Shown here in pieces: positions 59,801 to 64,000 of a stretch of DNA of 64,000 bases. Numbering within the stretch: position 1 is the first letter of the stretch; each line of letters opens with the position of its first letter. This DNA is from Haplodiscus bocki (lineage: Eukaryota), in assembly GCA_965655095.1 (NCBI GenBank), contig OZ296648.1, forward strand, positions 85,126,001-85,190,000, in the 5' to 3' direction. The notes under the pieces were generated by a model that was given only the letters and a program-made list of their open reading frames with translations, did no database searches and was not told the DNA's origin. The translations under genes and the position numbers were made by a program.

Positions 59801-62800
59801 TTTTTCCAGAACTCGGCCAGTTTGGAATGAAAAAATCTTCAAACGTTTTCAAATGCCAGATACGAAAAGCAAATTTTTAAATTCAGCGAAGTCATCACTG
59901 TTCACGTTTTTGAAATTCGACCACTTTGGAGAGGTAAAAAGAGCAAAAAACTTGTTGAATACAAGAATTGAACATTTCCACACTCGGACAAAAACAATTG
60001 TCAGTGAACGTCCTTGATCTGGACTTTTGATGTTTTCAAAAGCCTAAAAGTTTTTGAATGCTGGATACGAACCACAACTTTTCAGTTGGGCGAAAGATTC
60101 CTGCCATCAATTTTCTAAAACCAATATTTTGGGAACACGTATTTTACAAATTTGATAAAGCACTGGATACAAAAAAGCAGACTTTTTTCAGATGTTGAAT
60201 AATTTAAAAAAATGGTCAAATAATGGATATTCACAACAATTTTCCCAGAGATATGAAGTAAGCTTTATCAGGTTTCTAAAAAGACCAACTTGGAAAGTTA
60301 AAAGCAGCAAAAATGATAATTTGCAGGAAATCAGCCACATTGTTTCAAAACCATCAACCTTTTTTCTAAAAGTGCTCCGTTTGAAAGAGTTAAGAACCCT
60401 GAAGACGGCAAGAGCTGGATGCAAACAAGTTTTTTTCAATTCGGACTTAAGTTGACAATTTTGGGAGAGGAGGCGTATTAATATGGATGCTGACTCAAAT
60501 TTTTCAAGTTGACCGTTCAGGAAAAGTGATGACTTCAAAATTACTGCAATGGTGGAGAAAAACAACAATTTTTGTCCAACTTTGTTTATCTATCGCTTTT
60601 TTGAACACTTTTCCGAGCTGCTGCTTCTAGCTGCCGAAATCAGTGAAATTCTGCTTTTCAGCAACAAATGCTGACAAAAATCATTTTTTATTGTCTTCGC
60701 AAAATTGGACCATTTTCAAGAGTCTTCCTCCCTGAACCTTAGTAAACGCTGTGAACATTCAACGCTTTTTTCAATCCGACACAATTTGTAACTTTTTGCA
60801 TCGGACTCCTAGAGATATCGATATACACAAAAATTTTTCAGTCCGAAAACTGTTACGACCAATCAAGTTTCAACTTTCGACCAATTTGGCAACTCAATGG
60901 TACTTAAAAAAGTAAACTCTTGGATATCAAAAGAATTATTCTATTTGTTTTCATTTAATCAACTGCTCACTTTCCAAAGTTGGACACTTTTTTTGGATTG
61001 ACCGTCCCAAAGTTGTCAAAATGCTAGTTACAAACCAGGTTTTCTTCGGTAGTTGAAAGTTGTCTTTTTCTTAAACGCTGATTATAAACAAAACAAATTG
61101 TCCTTCATGAGAAACTTCAGACCAACTTTGCAGGACTGGAGATTTTTTTAGAACTGAAATCTACGAAAATGGTCAATCGCTGGATTTCAGCTTCAAGTTT
61201 TCATGTTGACTCAACATATCACCTGTGCGTTTTCGAAAAAAGGACCGTTTTGCAGTAAGAAAACGCCGGATATTTAACAAAGTGTTGGACAAAATAAACA
61301 GTTTTTCTATTGGACAGCAGTTCTCTCCTTTCGAATTCAAGAGCCGTCAATTTTGATAGAAACAATACTTTTTTGATTGTGATATGTTCTTCGCCGTTTC
61401 AGAGAATAAATGATTCCGAAAGTGCTAAATTTATGGATAAAAGCAATCCTTTTGCTGTTGTACAAACTTCAATTCTTATCAATTCTACAAAATTAAAGTA
61501 AATGGGAGATCTGGAGCCCCCATTTGATAAAGGGCTTAATTTGAACGAAAAGAAAAGTTTTCAACCTGGCAAAATTTTCACTAGCCAATTTCCTAAACAA
61601 GACAGTCTTGCAGAGCTGAAAGCGACAAAAACTGGTACTTTGCAGAAGACCAATACTTTTTTTCAGTCGGAAAAAAATTATCCCCACTGAATTTTTTAAA
61701 ACTGAACTTTAATGGAGAATTGATAGTCTCCAAAGCAACAAAAGTGCCCAATGGAAACATCAGTTTCCAGTATTACATAATCAATTTTCTCTCAACCACT
61801 ATCAAAACTGGACTTTTATGGGTAACTGAAAACACCAACCATTAAAACTTGCCCATTATGAGCAACTTGTTTTCATTCTGCGATTAGATAGCAGTCAATG
61901 GTTTCCAAAAAAGTGACTTCTTTCTTCCGACACTTTTGTCAACACTTGGTAAAGTAAGATAATCAAGCAACATTTAATGAACTGGAGAAAATTTTTTGCC
62001 TGACAGTTTTCTGGAAACGAAAATTTAGTAAAGTGAACATCCGAAAGCTTTTTATATGCTGCCTAGATGCCTCATTGTTTCAATTGGTTAAAAGTTATCC
62101 GCGGTCAAATTTCCTAAACTTGACTATATTGGAGAGTTGAGGACATGAACCATGGTAAAGTGATTTGATGGTGATGAAATGAAGTTTGTCTATCAGACAT
62201 TAATTGTTTTTCACCAACAATCCTGAATTGTATCAATTGGAGCACTAGCAACCCTCATATTTGTTCAGATGCAGGATATAAGCAGCATTTCTTCATTAGG
62301 TCCACATTTGAAGCGCATCTTTTTTCCTATACCGAACCAATATTAACTGTTAAAACGTCTGAAACTGGCCGAAAGCTGGCGACATGTTCTACCGTTTTCG
62401 AATCGATAACGACTGTTTTCCTCAAAAATGTTCACCGCTTTGATGAGTTAAAAAAACGTAGGTTGATTTGCTGGGGATAGAAATGAAAATATCAAAAATA
62501 CATAAGTTCTTCTCCATCAACGATCCTAAAATGGAATATTTCGATAGCTAGCGAACCCAAATTTCATCAATTGCAGGATAAGAGCAATAATGGTTCAAAT
62601 GATGGAGGACTTCAGCGGTCAGTTTTCGAAAGGCAGACTGTTTTGTAAAGTAAACGATTCCAAAAAATGCCAAAATAGCGGAAACAGACAATTGTGTTTC
62701 AATCGGAAAAAAATTGATCAATGTCAATTCCATCAAACCACAGTTGTAGTTGTTATGGAAATGAGGTTTCGATGTTGGTAGAATTCTAGATAAACATGAA

Positions 62801-64000
62801 CGTTAGTACATCTTTGGAGATCAAAAACCCCGTTCTTGATCAAATGTTGAATGGAAACAGCGGTGCCTCAATCATATAAACCTCATCAATTACCGACTGA
62901 TCAAAAGACGCTTTTTGGAGAGCTACAGACCGGAGACACATAGAATCTTCACACAAAACAGCAATTTTTTAATCCTACATACGTCATATGTCACAGAGTT
63001 TGTCGACCGGAAACTTTTGGCGAATAAATGACAAAAACGAAGAAATAAACTGAGAAACAACGTTTTTTCAAATCAAAAGCTTTTCCAAATGCTAGAAGTG
63101 CATCCGCTATCATCTTTAGTATAACGGATCTTCTTCGAGGTGTAACGCCCCCAGAACAGGTAATTTTCTGTGTCTAACCAACAAAATGTCAATCGGGCAT
63201 AAAACAATACTTTCAAAGTTTAAGATTGGGCAATTTCTGTGGTTCAGGCTGGCGAAAGTTGGTACAAAGCTGATTCCAAACAATTTATTTGGTCAAACAA
63301 AATAAATTGCCTATCATTTTCAAATAAAAGGATTTTTGAAAGAACTGAAGTTCCCAATTCATGACAACTGCTGTATTAAAACAATTTTTCCCCAAAAAAC
63401 TTTTATAATTCCAGCTGATTTTCAGAAGCTGGTTCAGCTTGGAGAATTGGGGACAGCAATTTTGGAAAACTGCTGGAGATGATCGAAGTTGATTCAACGG
63501 GGTATGTGTAAGTGTTCCCCTATCAACGGTCGGATATTGGTTTTCAGACTACCCTTTGTAAATCCCGGGATTTTCCCCTGGTGTTCAGACGCCAAAATTG
63601 GTGAAAGGCTGGATATTGAATTCTTTTCGGTACCAAACGCTTAATTTGGCAGAATGTTTCTTCCAAGCAGAATTTTCTCAAGCGCATTAAAGATATCCCT
63701 GATCGCAAAACACAAAGAGGACCAACCAAGAATAATGAAGACGGAAGAAACTTCACAAAGAACATAAGATATAAAAATTACTTTGTACATGGTCCTTTCT
63801 TGTCAATTTTTTTCAGTGCAGCAAGAGAGACCAAAACACCCTACTTCATAAAATGTTGAATCGAAACAACCGTACCTCAATCATAAAAATTTCAATCCCC
63901 ATCAACTGGTCGAAAAAAAGTTTTTTTTCGGAGTGCTAGGGACTTGGGACGCAAACAGTCTTTACTATAAACGGCAACTTTTTTGGTACAGACGTCATAT
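47900..64000. repeat. Highly diverged tandem satellite-like array, monomer about 100-103 bp
   Basis: The order ttttcaattggacataa...atcaattttccaaaactggac..tttgaagagttgaagacc.caaa.ttggtaaa.gctggatacaa recurs throughout; for example ctggatac at 60061 and 60163. Confidence 0.75.
51755..58559 (+). repeat. Near-perfect tandem duplication: 51755-55156 and 55157-58559
   Basis: Identical ORFs at an offset of 3402/3403. I saw only one extra T in a poly-T run (~56800) and one T/C change (~56893). Confidence 0.97.

Noticed and set aside
47900-64000. Short ORFs in the distal region as genes, or the array as CRISPR-like
   Set aside because: The ORFs are chance frames within a degenerate satellite; there is no constant repeat with unique spacers, and the context is eukaryotic.

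Overview
AT-rich, repeat-dense animal genomic DNA with spliceosomal GT-AG introns; the species cannot be determined from the sequence. One intact host gene is present: a 12-exon inosine-5'-monophosphate dehydrogenase (IMPDH) on the + strand, 24167-45803. Its CDS is 1668 nt (555 aa from the first ATG) and I assembled it by hand with all junctions in frame. Upstream lie a decayed Polinton/Maverick-type DNA polymerase B (1-800), about 13 kb of unidentifiable coding-like relic, and a truncated PHD/APE non-LTR retrotransposon. Next comes a compact 1.4-kb LTR element encoding only a capsid-type Gag, arranged as a tandem array sharing an LTR. The IMPDH introns hold an internally deleted Penelope-like element with an in-frame PHD finger and a candidate hammerhead, several Helentron/HINE-like repeats, and MITE/foldback elements carrying tRNA-like Pol III boxes. 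The last ~16 kb is a decayed ~100-bp satellite with ~1.05-kb higher-order periodicity and a near-perfect 3.4-kb tandem duplication. The strongest candidates for something undescribed are the Gag-only LTR element, the PHD-Penelope fusion, the tRNA-box foldbacks and the unusual IMPDH features (Y411F-equivalent, 4-nt intron shift, possible terminal extensions).
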